64,000 bases of DNA from Nitrospirota bacterium (lineage in GTDB: Bacteria; Nitrospinota_A; UBA7883; JACRGQ01), in contig JAJRYD010000005.1 in assembly GCA_024275955.1 (NCBI GenBank), positions 7,480 through 71,479 of the forward strand, read 5' to 3'. The translations under genes and the position numbers were made by a program. The notes under the pieces were generated by a model. It saw nothing but the letters and a program-made list of their open reading frames with translations, ran no database searches and was not told where the DNA came from. This document shows, in pieces, positions 1 through 9,050 of this stretch; the stretch's first letter is position 1, and each line of letters starts with the position of its first letter.

Positions 1-98
1 GGATAGCGTCAGCCTTGTTCTTTGCCGCCATGTTCGGCAAAATAGTGTCAACGGATATATGCTCGGAAAATCTCATAAGGCAACCTCTTGCGGATTCA

Positions 99-617
99 TT
101 AATATTCCGTTATCCCGATATTTCCATCTGACCTGTAGTAGGCAACATGAACACTTCCTCCTCCACTGGTTTTGTAAACCACAAAATGCTTATTCCCTTC
201 CCTTAATACCTCAACCGCCCGCTCGTCGGTCATCAGTATATCAGTATCGGCATTCTCTCTGATAATTTCCTGTATGGTCGCCTCTTCTTCCTCCTCGCTT
301 ACTACCGGAAGGTCTTTTTCAGAGGCATGGTGGTCTTTCTTTTTCTCCTTAAACTTCTTTGCCTGCCTAGCTATTTTATCCATCACCTTATCTATGGAGG
401 CATACATATCTTCCGTTTCCTCGCTTCCTTTAAGGTGAACTCCTTTGCCGTTTACGGAAACATCAACTTTTTGCCGAAACTTCTTACCGACAGACATAGT
501 CATATGCACCCGTATACTGCCATCCAGATACTTATTCAGTACCGAAACTTTTTCGAGAGAATAGCTTTTAAGCGACGGAGTAACTTCTACTTTCCTTCCC
601 TGTATATTCACAAACAT
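99..617 (-). CDS. hpf: ribosome hibernation promoting factor (long form HPF)
   Basis: 172 aa. N-terminal MFVNIQGRKVEVTPSLKSY...LDG fits the HPF/YfiA fold, followed by an acidic linker and a C-terminal dimerisation domain. It lies immediately downstream of rpoN, as in the conserved rpoN-hpf arrangement. Confidence 0.85.
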   Translation of the reverse strand: MFVNIQGRKVEVTPSLKSYSLEKVSVLNKYLDGSIRVHMTMSVGKKFRQKVDVSVNGKGVHLKGSEETEDMYASIDKVMDKIARQAKKFKEKKKDHHASEKDLPVVSEEEEEATIQEIIRENADTDILMTDERAVEVLREGNKHFVVYKTSGGGSVHVAYYRSDGNIGITEY

Positions 618-641
618 GATGCTCTCCTTATTTAAAAAGAG

Positions 642-2087
642 TTAATAAATCTTTTTCCTCTTGGAACCAGAAGGAATCCCCAGTTCCTTTCGGTATTTTG
701 TGACTGTGCGACGGGCTATCTTAACATCGCGCGTCTGTAACAGCCCAACTATTTTATCATCGGTGGCAGGGCTTTTTGAATCCTCCTCCATGACGATTTT
801 TTTAATCATCTCCTTTACCCTGACAGATGAGACGGTATTGCCAAGGTACGAGCTTACCCCGCTATGGAAAAAGAACTTCAACTCGAAAATACCCTGCGGG
901 GTATGGATATATTTATTCCGCGTTACTCTGCTTATGGTCGATTCATGCATTTCGATATCGTTCGCTACATCTTTTAGAACCAGCGGTTTTAAGTGGGAAA
1001 GCCCCTTATCCAAAAAGCCTTTTTGGAACTTCGCAAGGCTCCTGCCTACCTTAAGCATCGTCTGACGTCTCTGCTCTATGCTTTTCACGAGCCATATGGC
1101 TGATTGCACCTTTTGCTCTATAAACTCCCTTTCTTTGGAATCTTTCGCGCCGACTCCATTTTTCTTGAGTACGCTCCGGTAGTAGTTGTTTATTTTCAGC
1201 ATCGGCACCCCTTCGTCATTAAGGTGAACCTGCCACTCGTCATCCACTTTAACGATATAGATATCCGGTTCCACATAGTTAGCCCTCTGCGGGTTGAAAG
1301 ATTTGCCGGGGGAAGGATCGAGCGCCCTGATAAATTCGACCGCCTCGATTATCCTCTCGGCATCTACCTTTAACAGTTTGGCAATTTTGGCGTAGTGCCT
1401 CTCCGAGAGGTTCATCAGATGGCCCTCAATCAGTTCGCGGATTATCGGGTCGTCTGGTTCAAGCGCTTTTGCCTGAAGCAAAAGAGATTCCCTTATATCG
1501 CCAGCACCGACGCCTGTCGGCTCGAACTTGCTTTTTATCGTCTCTAAAACTTCGCGAACCTGCTCGGCAGTGCCGCCGGTCGCCTCGGCTATATCTTCGA
1601 TGCTCTCTTTTAAAAAACCGTCATCATCCAGTTCTCCGATAATAAACAGGCCTATTCCGTTTAGCACAGGGTCGAGTACCGTTATGTTTAGCTGCCAAAT
1701 TAGATGATCCTGAAGCGACTCTTCACTTCTTAGCGTATTTTCTATAGATGGTCTTTCGGCATATCCTTCTCCAGTGCCGCCGCTATACGCCTCCTCCTGC
1801 AGGAAAGCCTCCCAGTCAGGCTCTTCCGCTTTCTTGTCCTCCGTTTTTTCAGAAACCACAGCCTCTTCCTCGAACCTGTCGTCCTTTGTCTCGGTGTTCT
1901 GGGTATCGTTGCTTTCTGTTTCTGCCTCTTCCTCAACAACCTCTTCGAGGAAAGGGTTTTCGTCCAGCTCCTGCCTTATGTTGGCGACAAGCTCCATTTT
2001 CGTGAGTGGTAAAAGCTTTATCGCCTGCTGCATAGCCGGCGTCATAATGAGCCTTTGGCCCATTCTCATTGTCATAGATAGCTTCAT
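642..2087 (-). CDS. rpoN: RNA polymerase sigma-54 factor
   Basis: 481 aa. Acidic/Gln-rich N-terminal region, core domain, C-terminal HTH and the RpoN box (ARRTVTKYR). Located in the lptB-rpoN-hpf context. Confidence 0.9.
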   Translation of the reverse strand: MKLSMTMRMGQRLIMTPAMQQAIKLLPLTKMELVANIRQELDENPFLEEVVEEEAETESNDTQNTETKDDRFEEEAVVSEKTEDKKAEEPDWEAFLQEEAYSGGTGEGYAERPSIENTLRSEESLQDHLIWQLNITVLDPVLNGIGLFIIGELDDDGFLKESIEDIAEATGGTAEQVREVLETIKSKFEPTGVGAGDIRESLLLQAKALEPDDPIIRELIEGHLMNLSERHYAKIAKLLKVDAERIIEAVEFIRALDPSPGKSFNPQRANYVEPDIYIVKVDDEWQVHLNDEGVPMLKINNYYRSVLKKNGVGAKDSKEREFIEQKVQSAIWLVKSIEQRRQTMLKVGRSLAKFQKGFLDKGLSHLKPLVLKDVANDIEMHESTISRVTRNKYIHTPQGIFELKFFFHSGVSSYLGNTVSSVRVKEMIKKIVMEEDSKSPATDDKIVGLLQTRDVKIARRTVTKYRKELGIPSGSKRKKIY

Positions 2088-2096
2088 AAAATCTGC

Positions 2097-2825
2097 CTAC
2101 TGCCTCATTGAAAAGTTGGAGCCGAGGTATGTTTTTCTCGCCTCTTCCGATTCTATAATTTTGCTTGGAGCACCGCTTTCTATAATCTTTCCAGCGTTGA
2201 TAATGTACGCTCTATCGACAATTTCAAGTGTTTCGTGGACATTATGATCGGTTATCAGTATCCCGATATCTTTTTTCTTTAGGTCGACAATTATCGACTG
2301 TACCTCCATCACTGCGATAGGGTCTACGCCGGCAAAAGGCTCGTCCAATAGCAAAAAGGACGGGCTTAAAGCAAGCGAACGGCTGATTTCGAGCCTTCGC
2401 CTCTCGCCTCCGGAAAGGGAAGCGGCTATCGAATCGGAAAGATGCAGTATGTTGAGCATCTCCAAAAGCTCTCTCGCTTTTTGCTCTCTGTCGTGAGTGC
2501 TCAACTTCAGCATCTCCAAGATGGCCGTTACATTTTCCATAACGGTAAGCTTTCTGAAAATAGAAGGTTCCTGAGAAAGGTAGCCTATACCCATGCGCGA
2601 CCTTAAATACATAGGCATCGCTGTAATATCGGTATCATCAAGGAAAACCGAACCAGCTTCCGGCCTTGTCAGCCCGACAATCATATAGAAGGTAGTTGTT
2701 TTTCCCGCCCCATTCGGGCCGAGAAGCCCAACAACTTCTCCCTGCCGGACTTCGATCTCGACACTGTCTACCACTTTTCTGCCATGATAGCTTTTTTCAA
2801 GCCTTTTGGCGTGTAATCTCTGCAA
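2097..2825 (-). CDS. lptB: LPS export ABC transporter ATP-binding protein
   Basis: 242 aa. Walker A GPNGAGKTT, ABC signature LSGGERRR, Walker B LLLDEP. Sits directly upstream of rpoN. Confidence 0.9.
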   Translation of the reverse strand: MQRLHAKRLEKSYHGRKVVDSVEIEVRQGEVVGLLGPNGAGKTTTFYMIVGLTRPEAGSVFLDDTDITAMPMYLRSRMGIGYLSQEPSIFRKLTVMENVTAILEMLKLSTHDREQKARELLEMLNILHLSDSIAASLSGGERRRLEISRSLALSPSFLLLDEPFAGVDPIAVMEVQSIIVDLKKKDIGILITDHNVHETLEIVDRAYIINAGKIIESGAPSKIIESEEARKTYLGSNFSMRQ

Positions 2826-2853
2826 TTAAGCCTCCCACTAAAGTCGACAAGGT

Positions 2854-3972
2854 TCAATCAACAGCCCCGTCTTCCTTTACCTGTTTTTTGACAGGCTTTT
2901 GCTTGTTCATCGGAGCGATTCGAACCTTGGCCCGATTCTTGCTACCACCGCTTATAATTATATCGTCTCTCTCATAAAAATAGGTGATTTTTTTTCCTTT
3001 AATATCTTCGCCCTCTTTCCTGTAAATGGCGTTTCCCGTTACGATAACTTTCTTGTTTTTGGGATAGAGTACCGCACGGTTCCCTGTAATTTTTCTAAAC
3101 TCGCCTGTTATTTTTACGTTCCTGTAGGCATACGCTTTTTTTATCTCGCTTTTCTCTTTGGCATGAAAAACTTTTATCTCCTCTGCCTCTACCTTTGTCT
3201 CTTTATCTATCGCCACGGCGTTCCCCGACACATCGGTAACTTTTCTTGAAACAAAATGTTCCGCGTGATCTCCGGTGACAACTCCATTGTCAGACGTCAT
3301 CACCACATTGCCGTCAGCAACCAGCTCTTCCATCTGTCTGCCTTCTTCGCCATCATAATAATGAAGTGTCAGCTTATCGGATTCAATTTCACCATCCTCT
3401 AAAAGCGCCAGAGCATTGCCGGTTACTACGCTTTTGTCTTCCAGAGGCAGATGAACCGCATGACTGCCTGTTACCGTCGTTGTTCCGATTATCAGCCGAA
3501 CACCGCCGTTCGCGATAACTTTCTTTAGCGCTTCCCCTTTTTTGCCATAGAACGACTCTATCCTTCTTGCCATAATATCGCCCTCTTCCATTTTCGAAAC
3601 AGCGTTACCTGCCACTACCACCTTTTGCTTACTTGGGAACAGTTCGGCTTTATCTCCGGTTGTAACCCCTGTTTTGCTAGTTATTTTTACTCTGCCGACT
3701 CCTTTAATACTGGAAATCCCTCCGGTTTTTTTATAGAGAACAATTAGTTCGTCCGATTCGACTACAATCCCCTCCTGCACCGCTCTTGCATTGCCGCTAA
3801 AGGTGTGTACTTTCGGATTATTCCTAGAGGTCATTTTGTCCGATGTTACTCTGGTCGGGGCGTTTATAGATTCGTGTTCGGCTACAGCTACCGCCGGAGC
3901 ATGTAGAAAAATCTGTAGAAGAAGAAAAAGCCGGAGCCGCCTTAAAGCAGTCCGGCTAGTTAAAGGTCGCAT
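2854..3972 (-). CDS. lptA: LptA/OstA-family periplasmic LPS transport protein with tandem OstA-like domains
   Basis: 372 aa with a signal peptide. Repeated beta-jellyroll-like segments with recurring (V)VTGNA motifs. Positioned between lptC and lptB. About twice the length of a canonical LptA. Confidence 0.65.
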   Translation of the reverse strand: MRPLTSRTALRRLRLFLLLQIFLHAPAVAVAEHESINAPTRVTSDKMTSRNNPKVHTFSGNARAVQEGIVVESDELIVLYKKTGGISSIKGVGRVKITSKTGVTTGDKAELFPSKQKVVVAGNAVSKMEEGDIMARRIESFYGKKGEALKKVIANGGVRLIIGTTTVTGSHAVHLPLEDKSVVTGNALALLEDGEIESDKLTLHYYDGEEGRQMEELVADGNVVMTSDNGVVTGDHAEHFVSRKVTDVSGNAVAIDKETKVEAEEIKVFHAKEKSEIKKAYAYRNVKITGEFRKITGNRAVLYPKNKKVIVTGNAIYRKEGEDIKGKKITYFYERDDIIISGGSKNRAKVRIAPMNKQKPVKKQVKEDGAVD

Positions 3973-4495
3973 CTACCGAACTCAGAATTTCGACATTTTG
4001 CGTATCAATTTCGATAATCATCCCTTTGCCAGAGATCTTCGTGCCGTCAGTAATATATTCCACATATAGGTCAGTTTTTAAAATTCTCTTGTCGGAGACA
4101 AAGTCGAGCCTTTGAGTTTTCAGCGAAAAAGGCTGTTTAGATTTTACTTCTACGCTACCGCTAAAAACAGCATCTTTTGTTTTGCTCATATATTCCCCTG
4201 TGTCAGATGATATTTCTATTGTCTTATGCTTTTTTGAGCTAAAAACAGCACTTATATATTTCATCTTGGTAACACTGTCATTAACAAGAGCCTCTTTGGC
4301 ATTAAGTTTGAGTACCTCCCCCAAATCGTTTTTGTCCAGAATTCTCAAGTCTAAAACCTTCCCTGTAAGGTTTTCTGTTTTGCCTATTTCTATTTCGACT
4401 TTCTCCGCGCCGCCGCCGACGATAGACTGCATACCGATATATGCAATAGTGGCTAAGAATACAATAATCACTATGGTGCTAAACAGTTCTCTCAC
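3956..4495 (-). CDS. lptC: LptC-like LPS export protein (single N-terminal TM plus periplasmic domain)
   Basis: 179 aa. N-terminal TM LFSTIVIIVFLATIAYIGM. Position upstream of lptA. Uses a GTG start at 4495..4493 that overlaps the tsaE stop (GTGA). Confidence 0.55.
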   Translation of the reverse strand: MRELFSTIVIIVFLATIAYIGMQSIVGGGAEKVEIEIGKTENLTGKVLDLRILDKNDLGEVLKLNAKEALVNDSVTKMKYISAVFSSKKHKTIEISSDTGEYMSKTKDAVFSGSVEVKSKQPFSLKTQRLDFVSDKRILKTDLYVEYITDGTKISGKGMIIEIDTQNVEILSSVDATFN

Positions 4496-4929
4496 TCTGC
4501 TGGCTCTCCGTATGTTATTTCTATCTCTCTTTCATTTTCGCCTGTGATGCTGATTATGACATTTATTTTCCTGCCAGGCGCGAACCGGCAAAACTGCCCG
4601 GGCCACTCCACCACAGATATCCCTTTATCCCAGTAATCGTCAAGACCGAGCGATTCCATATCACTTAAGTTTTCCAGCCTGTAAAAATCGAAGTGATAAA
4701 CAGGCGGTGAACCATTATAAACATTTAAAATGGTATAGCTTGGAGACTTAACGGCGCTTGAACCGCCATGAAGCGAACCAAGAAGCCCCCTTACAAAGCA
4801 GGTTTTACCAGCGCCAAGCTCGCCGTTTAAAAGGAGAACATCACCTTTTTTTAAGAACCGAGCGACAGATGCGCCAGCTTTCTCGGTATCTTGCTCGCCG
4901 GAGCTTTTGAAACGAATCGGATTAGTAAT
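4492..4929 (-). CDS. tsaE: tRNA threonylcarbamoyladenosine biosynthesis protein TsaE (P-loop ATPase YjeE family)
   Basis: Open frame not in the ORF track because it lacks an ATG/GTG/TTG start. Translation reads ...IRFKSSGEQDTEKAGASVARFLKKGDVLLLNGELGAGKTCFVRGLL...YHFDFYRLEN...EWP..., with the P-loop and a YRL motif typical of TsaE. The start is probably ATT at 4929..4927. The stop TGA at 4494..4492 overlaps the lptC start. Confidence 0.6.
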   Translation of the reverse strand: MTNPIRFKSSGEQDTEKAGASVARFLKKGDVLLLNGELGAGKTCFVRGLLGSLHGGSSAVKSPSYTILNVYNGSPPVYHFDFYRLENLSDMESLGLDDYWDKGISVVEWPGQFCRFAPGRKINVIISITGENEREIEITYGEPAE

Positions 4930-4948
4930 TAAAGCATTCCCTTAAAAA

Positions 4949-6121
4949 TCAGATAAAGGACTGCATTTCAACTTCGAGCTGTTCCAGAAACTCCCTAGCT
5001 TCCTTAAAATTCGGGTCGATTTTAAGAGCTACTTTTATCTCCTCAAGGGCCTCTTTTTTCTTTCTGGAATCGTGGTAGGCTTTGGCAAGGTTAAAATGCA
5101 ATACTTCGTCATCCGGCGCTATAGAGAGTGCTTTTTTATACTCGGTTACCGCCTCGCCAAACCGCCCCTTTTTCCTTAGCGCGATACCAAGCCTGTTGTA
5201 GACATTAAGGTTTTTAGGGTCGCTGGCAAGAGTTTGCTTAAATGCCGTAGCGGCAAGGTCGGCCATTCCTGCGTCCATAAACGCCTCACCTATTTCGGTG
5301 CTCATTTTATTATCGCCGCCGGCCTGCTTAAGGGCTATATTCAATGCTACTTTTGCCTTCGTCTTGTCCCCATGCACAAGGTGAATCATTCCCATCTCTT
5401 TTTGTCTCTTGGGGTTATTTGGGCTTATTTTCGCCGCTTTTTCAAGCGATTTAAGAGCATCTCCCGTCCGCTTTTGCTTTGTAAGCAGGTCTGCCATCCT
5501 TTCGTGCGCCTTGGTAAACATAGGGTTTACCTCGCAAGCCTCTTTGTAATACTCTTCGGCCTTGTCATCTTCCCCATTTTTCTCCATCGCCTCACCCATA
5601 GCTATATGCAGACGGGCGCTTTTAGGATATTTTTTAAGTCCTTTGGTAAGTTCCTCAACAGCTCTCGATATCTGGTTTCCCTTGATGAGGATATTGGCCA
5701 CGTTCATCAGGGTGTCAATGGGGGGAGGCTTCGACCTTTTGTCCATTACCTCGTGCATTTTGGCCTCGAAAGTATTATAAACAAAAGGCTTTATTATGTA
5801 GCCGTCGACGAGGGTCTCCGCCGCGTGGGCAACCTGCTCCTCGGTTATCTCGGCAGTGACCATAAGTATCGGAATATTTTTGTTGTCCTCGTCATCACGG
5901 ATATTTTTGAGAAGTTCAAACCCCGACATCTTCGGCATATTCCAGTCTGTAACTATAAAATCTATCTTCTGGGAACGTATTTTTTCCAATGCCTCAATGC
6001 CGTTCGAGGCCTCCAGAAGACTCTCAAACCCCATATTGCGCAACATACCGCGAATCGTCCGACGCATATTACTCATGTCGTCAACGACCAGAATCGTCAT
6101 TTCTTTATTTATCTGAGCCAT
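4949..6121 (-). CDS. response regulator with CheY-like receiver domain fused to a TPR-repeat domain
   Basis: 390 aa. ILVVDD...DWNMPKMSG...KP receiver motifs. The C-terminal ~250 aa are TPR repeats. Immediately downstream of the histidine kinase gene. Confidence 0.8.
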   Translation of the reverse strand: MAQINKEMTILVVDDMSNMRRTIRGMLRNMGFESLLEASNGIEALEKIRSQKIDFIVTDWNMPKMSGFELLKNIRDDEDNKNIPILMVTAEITEEQVAHAAETLVDGYIIKPFVYNTFEAKMHEVMDKRSKPPPIDTLMNVANILIKGNQISRAVEELTKGLKKYPKSARLHIAMGEAMEKNGEDDKAEEYYKEACEVNPMFTKAHERMADLLTKQKRTGDALKSLEKAAKISPNNPKRQKEMGMIHLVHGDKTKAKVALNIALKQAGGDNKMSTEIGEAFMDAGMADLAATAFKQTLASDPKNLNVYNRLGIALRKKGRFGEAVTEYKKALSIAPDDEVLHFNLAKAYHDSRKKKEALEEIKVALKIDPNFKEAREFLEQLEVEMQSFI

Positions 6122-6191
6122 CGGTAAATACTAACACAAAGTGAAAAGTGCTTTAAAGGCAAAGACTGCTTTTATCCATCTCAAAAGAAGG

Positions 6192-7871
6192 TTAAGAAAT
6201 CAGTTTCGGCAAGGTGAAATAGAATATGGAGCCTCCTTCCTCTACCTTGTCGACCCATATATCTCCGCCATGCGCGTCAATCGCCATTTTGCAAAAAGTA
6301 AGCCCCAATCCGGTGCTGTACTTATGCCTCTTGTTGTCTTTGTTCACCTGACCAAATTTCATAAAAATAATATCCTTAAACTCGTCTGGAACGCCAGGCC
6401 CGTCATCCTGCACGCCTACGCGAACCATACCGTTTTCAATGTTTTTTAAAGAGATAAGCACTCTCCCGTTTTCCGGCGAATAGTTTATCGCGTTGGTAAC
6501 AAGGTTGGCTAAAATTCGGGTAACTATTCCATTATCGGCATTTACCTTAAAATCACTGCCATCTTTCTCAAGTATAATTAACTTGTTATCCATTTCGAGA
6601 AGAGCCTTCACCTGTTCTATTTTGTTTACGGCAATCTCCTCGATATCTACAGTGCCAAGGCTAAGCGTGAACTTTCCTTCTTCCATGCGGTTTACATCGA
6701 GAATATCCATAACCATTGAAAGAAGATTTTCGGTTCCCACTTTTGCCAGCAGTATCGTTTCCTTTTCAAAATCTTCCAAGTTTTCTCCGGTCAGCATGCT
6801 GAGGTTTGCCGTTATCTCTCCAATCGGGGTTTTAAGGTCGTGCACAAGCATACTTACAAGGTTTTCCCTTATCTCTTCTAGTTTTTTCAGCTCCTGATGA
6901 GCGATAGATAGCTTTTCCCTCTCTTTCTTTATCTCTTCAGTCAGCGACGCGTTTTCAATAACCGCCCCCAGCCTGCCGAGAAACCTAGATACCGCCACTT
7001 CGTCCTGATCGCTAAACGAGCCACTACTCTTGTCGGTTACGTTTAAAACGCCGAGAGATTTTTCATCAAAAAGTATAGGGAAAGTGAGAAACGCGTCGCC
7101 CGAATATTTGCCGGATTTACTGAAATGAAATTCTTCTATCTCATCAATGTCGTTGACATTAAGAGGTTTCATGTTTTTGACAACCCATGAAGCGACCGAA
7201 GTTTCATCAAGCGATTTGCGAAGGCCTATGAGGTTGTCCTGCGTGCTTGCCATCATCACTATCTCATTAGTATTGGAGTCGATAAGCTGGATAGAGCCTC
7301 TTTCCGCGTCAAGGTGGCCTAGAACTACTCTCAGGCATCTCTTTAACTTTTCTTCAAAAGAAAAATGAGGGGCGGCTAGAATAGCGGCAACCGCCATAGC
7401 CCCCTCTGCTTCTTTCATTCTCATGCTGATATTCTTAGCTTCCGCCACTCTTTGGGCCAAACTGTAGACTACCTCTCCATAAGTCTCCATCTCTGAAAGA
7501 TTGCGTGGAAGAATACTTACAAAACCTTTTTTACCGCATTCCAGCATTTTGTCAAAATCGTCGATGTAGCAAAGCCCTATAGATTCCATCACGGGGTTTA
7601 GCCTTCGCGCGTTAGAGGCTATTTCAAACGGATCTTCGTCAGAGAGGTATAGGTCGGTGATAAATATATCTACCGTTCCTGTATCCAACAGGGTTCCGGC
7701 ATTAATGGATGAATCGGTTTTTTCCAGACGATAGCCGATATCCAGCAGGTAATCGGAAAAGGCGGCTAACGAAGCATCATCCTCACTGAGCAGTAATATC
7801 TTTGTGTTCGAAACGATCCCGCTGTTCCACTTCACGCCATCGTCAATGCCAGCCCCGTCAGGTATCACCAA
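6192..7871 (-). CDS. sensor histidine kinase with N-terminal receiver-like domain, GAF domain, HisKA and HATPase_c
   Basis: 559 aa. Receiver-like N-terminus (ILLLSEDD...DIFITD). GAF-like core. H-box HDLKTPI. ATPase G-boxes (GLGLTFCKMAIDAHGG). Confidence 0.8.
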   Translation of the reverse strand: MVIPDGAGIDDGVKWNSGIVSNTKILLLSEDDASLAAFSDYLLDIGYRLEKTDSSINAGTLLDTGTVDIFITDLYLSDEDPFEIASNARRLNPVMESIGLCYIDDFDKMLECGKKGFVSILPRNLSEMETYGEVVYSLAQRVAEAKNISMRMKEAEGAMAVAAILAAPHFSFEEKLKRCLRVVLGHLDAERGSIQLIDSNTNEIVMMASTQDNLIGLRKSLDETSVASWVVKNMKPLNVNDIDEIEEFHFSKSGKYSGDAFLTFPILFDEKSLGVLNVTDKSSGSFSDQDEVAVSRFLGRLGAVIENASLTEEIKKEREKLSIAHQELKKLEEIRENLVSMLVHDLKTPIGEITANLSMLTGENLEDFEKETILLAKVGTENLLSMVMDILDVNRMEEGKFTLSLGTVDIEEIAVNKIEQVKALLEMDNKLIILEKDGSDFKVNADNGIVTRILANLVTNAINYSPENGRVLISLKNIENGMVRVGVQDDGPGVPDEFKDIIFMKFGQVNKDNKRHKYSTGLGLTFCKMAIDAHGGDIWVDKVEEGGSIFYFTLPKLIS

Positions 7872-8247
7872 AATCTCTCCCTATAAGCTCCATTAGGTAA
7901 ACCATAATAAATCAGCCTCGTACAATTGTCTCTAAAAATAGACTTCTGCCTCTATACCCTTTCGGCAGAAATGCTAATCTATATTATAGCTAAGTGATAT
8001 TTAGACAGTAATAATCGAAACTAGCGCTGTGGGAGACCATTTTGGGTAAAAACTGCGCTTACCGGAGAAAAACATCAAAAAGCTTTAGCCATAAGTGAGG
8101 CGTTCAAAAAGACTGGAGCCGAATGCCTATTTACAAGCAGAATGAAGGGGGAGAAGTGGAAAAAGGCAAAGCTTCAACGCTCCAGCCAACCTCACCAGCT
8201 CACCAGAGCGGCTCTGCTCGGCGTGCCATAAGCCGACATCAGCTGAT

Positions 8248-8377
8248 GGGGCCGTTGCCGAATGAGACAAACTTGATTTTGCTACAAATTGCCAATCTCT
8301 AAAGCCTCTGTTTTTACGAAGTTAGAAAATAAACTTTTCTTTAAAACGCTTAAAAACTCTTTTGGAAACAGTCCCCC
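8248..8377 (+). repeat. MITE/REP-like intergenic repeat, copy 1 of 6 (~130 bp, terminal inverted repeats)
   Basis: GGGGCCGTTGCCGAATGAGACAAACTTGATTTTGCTACAAATTGCCAATCTCTAAAGCCTCTG...AAAACTCTTTTGGAAACAGTCCCC. Near-identical to copies at 22197, 27155, 28504, 42832 and 45533. The ends are inverted repeats (GGGGC(T/C)GTTGCC / GGCAACAGCCCC-like). Confidence 0.85.
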
Positions 8378-8635
8378 GATGGAGAAGGTTCTTCCTGTTG
8401 CCGGCAAGCTTGGGGGGGTCTGCCCTACCAAAAGCGCAAAGAAACATAAAACAGGCTTCAAAAATGGCGTGGCCAACCCTCTCTACAACTCAAGGATGCT
8501 AAGGCCGAAAAAAAGCGAAAATAGGCTTTACAAACAGTGAAACATTCCGCACTAAGGAAAAGCCAAGCATAAAAACCCAGCGCAACAAACCTCTATCGAC
8601 TGCGTAGGCTCACCAGCAAAACGAACGGATAACCG

Positions 8636-8824
8636 CTATCTTGCCACGCCGACCTTTTTCCTGCCCCTCTTCTTTTTGACAGGTTTCGCAGGTTCAATAT
8701 TCATACACAAATCGCATTTGTGACCTATCTCCCTACCGCACATAAGGCATGTATAGGAGTCGCTCGCAAACGTTAAAATCCCGCCGCAGTGATAGCATCT
8801 CTCTTGGCTAGTATTATCGCTCAT
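8636..8824 (-). CDS. small zinc-ribbon protein with basic C-terminal tail
   Basis: 62 aa. CYHCGG...CLMCG...CDLC cysteine pairs and a C-terminal KKKRGRKKVGVAR tail. Short isolated gene, so real but uncertain. Confidence 0.4.
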   Translation of the reverse strand: MSDNTSQERCYHCGGILTFASDSYTCLMCGREIGHKCDLCMNIEPAKPVKKKRGRKKVGVAR

Positions 8825-9050
8825 TTAGGACCTCCAAAGAATATGTCTGGTTTTTTGCACTCTCAAAAGCCAACTGCACAAAATTATCATAATAATTTTC
8901 TGGTAAGCTAGCTTAATAGAGATGAAAAATCAACAATATTCTGTGATTTATAGAGACAAAAGAGACAAAAATGTCCATGAATAAGTAAAACTCATTATTT
9001 TATATAGGTTTAACATAGTTGCAGGTTTTTACTTATAACAGAAAACTTAC

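Noticed and set aside
1..31. Possible gene start on the minus strand at the window edge (MAAKNKADAI...)
   Set aside because: Only 10 codons are visible, so identity and reality cannot be judged.
8282..8540. ORFs 8282..8476(-), 8289..8540(+), 42671..42880(-), 42786..43106(-), 42970..43176(-) and 45395..45580(-) overlapping the MITE copies
   Set aside because: They run through a repeated non-coding element present in six intergenic copies. The same frames recur only because the repeat recurs.
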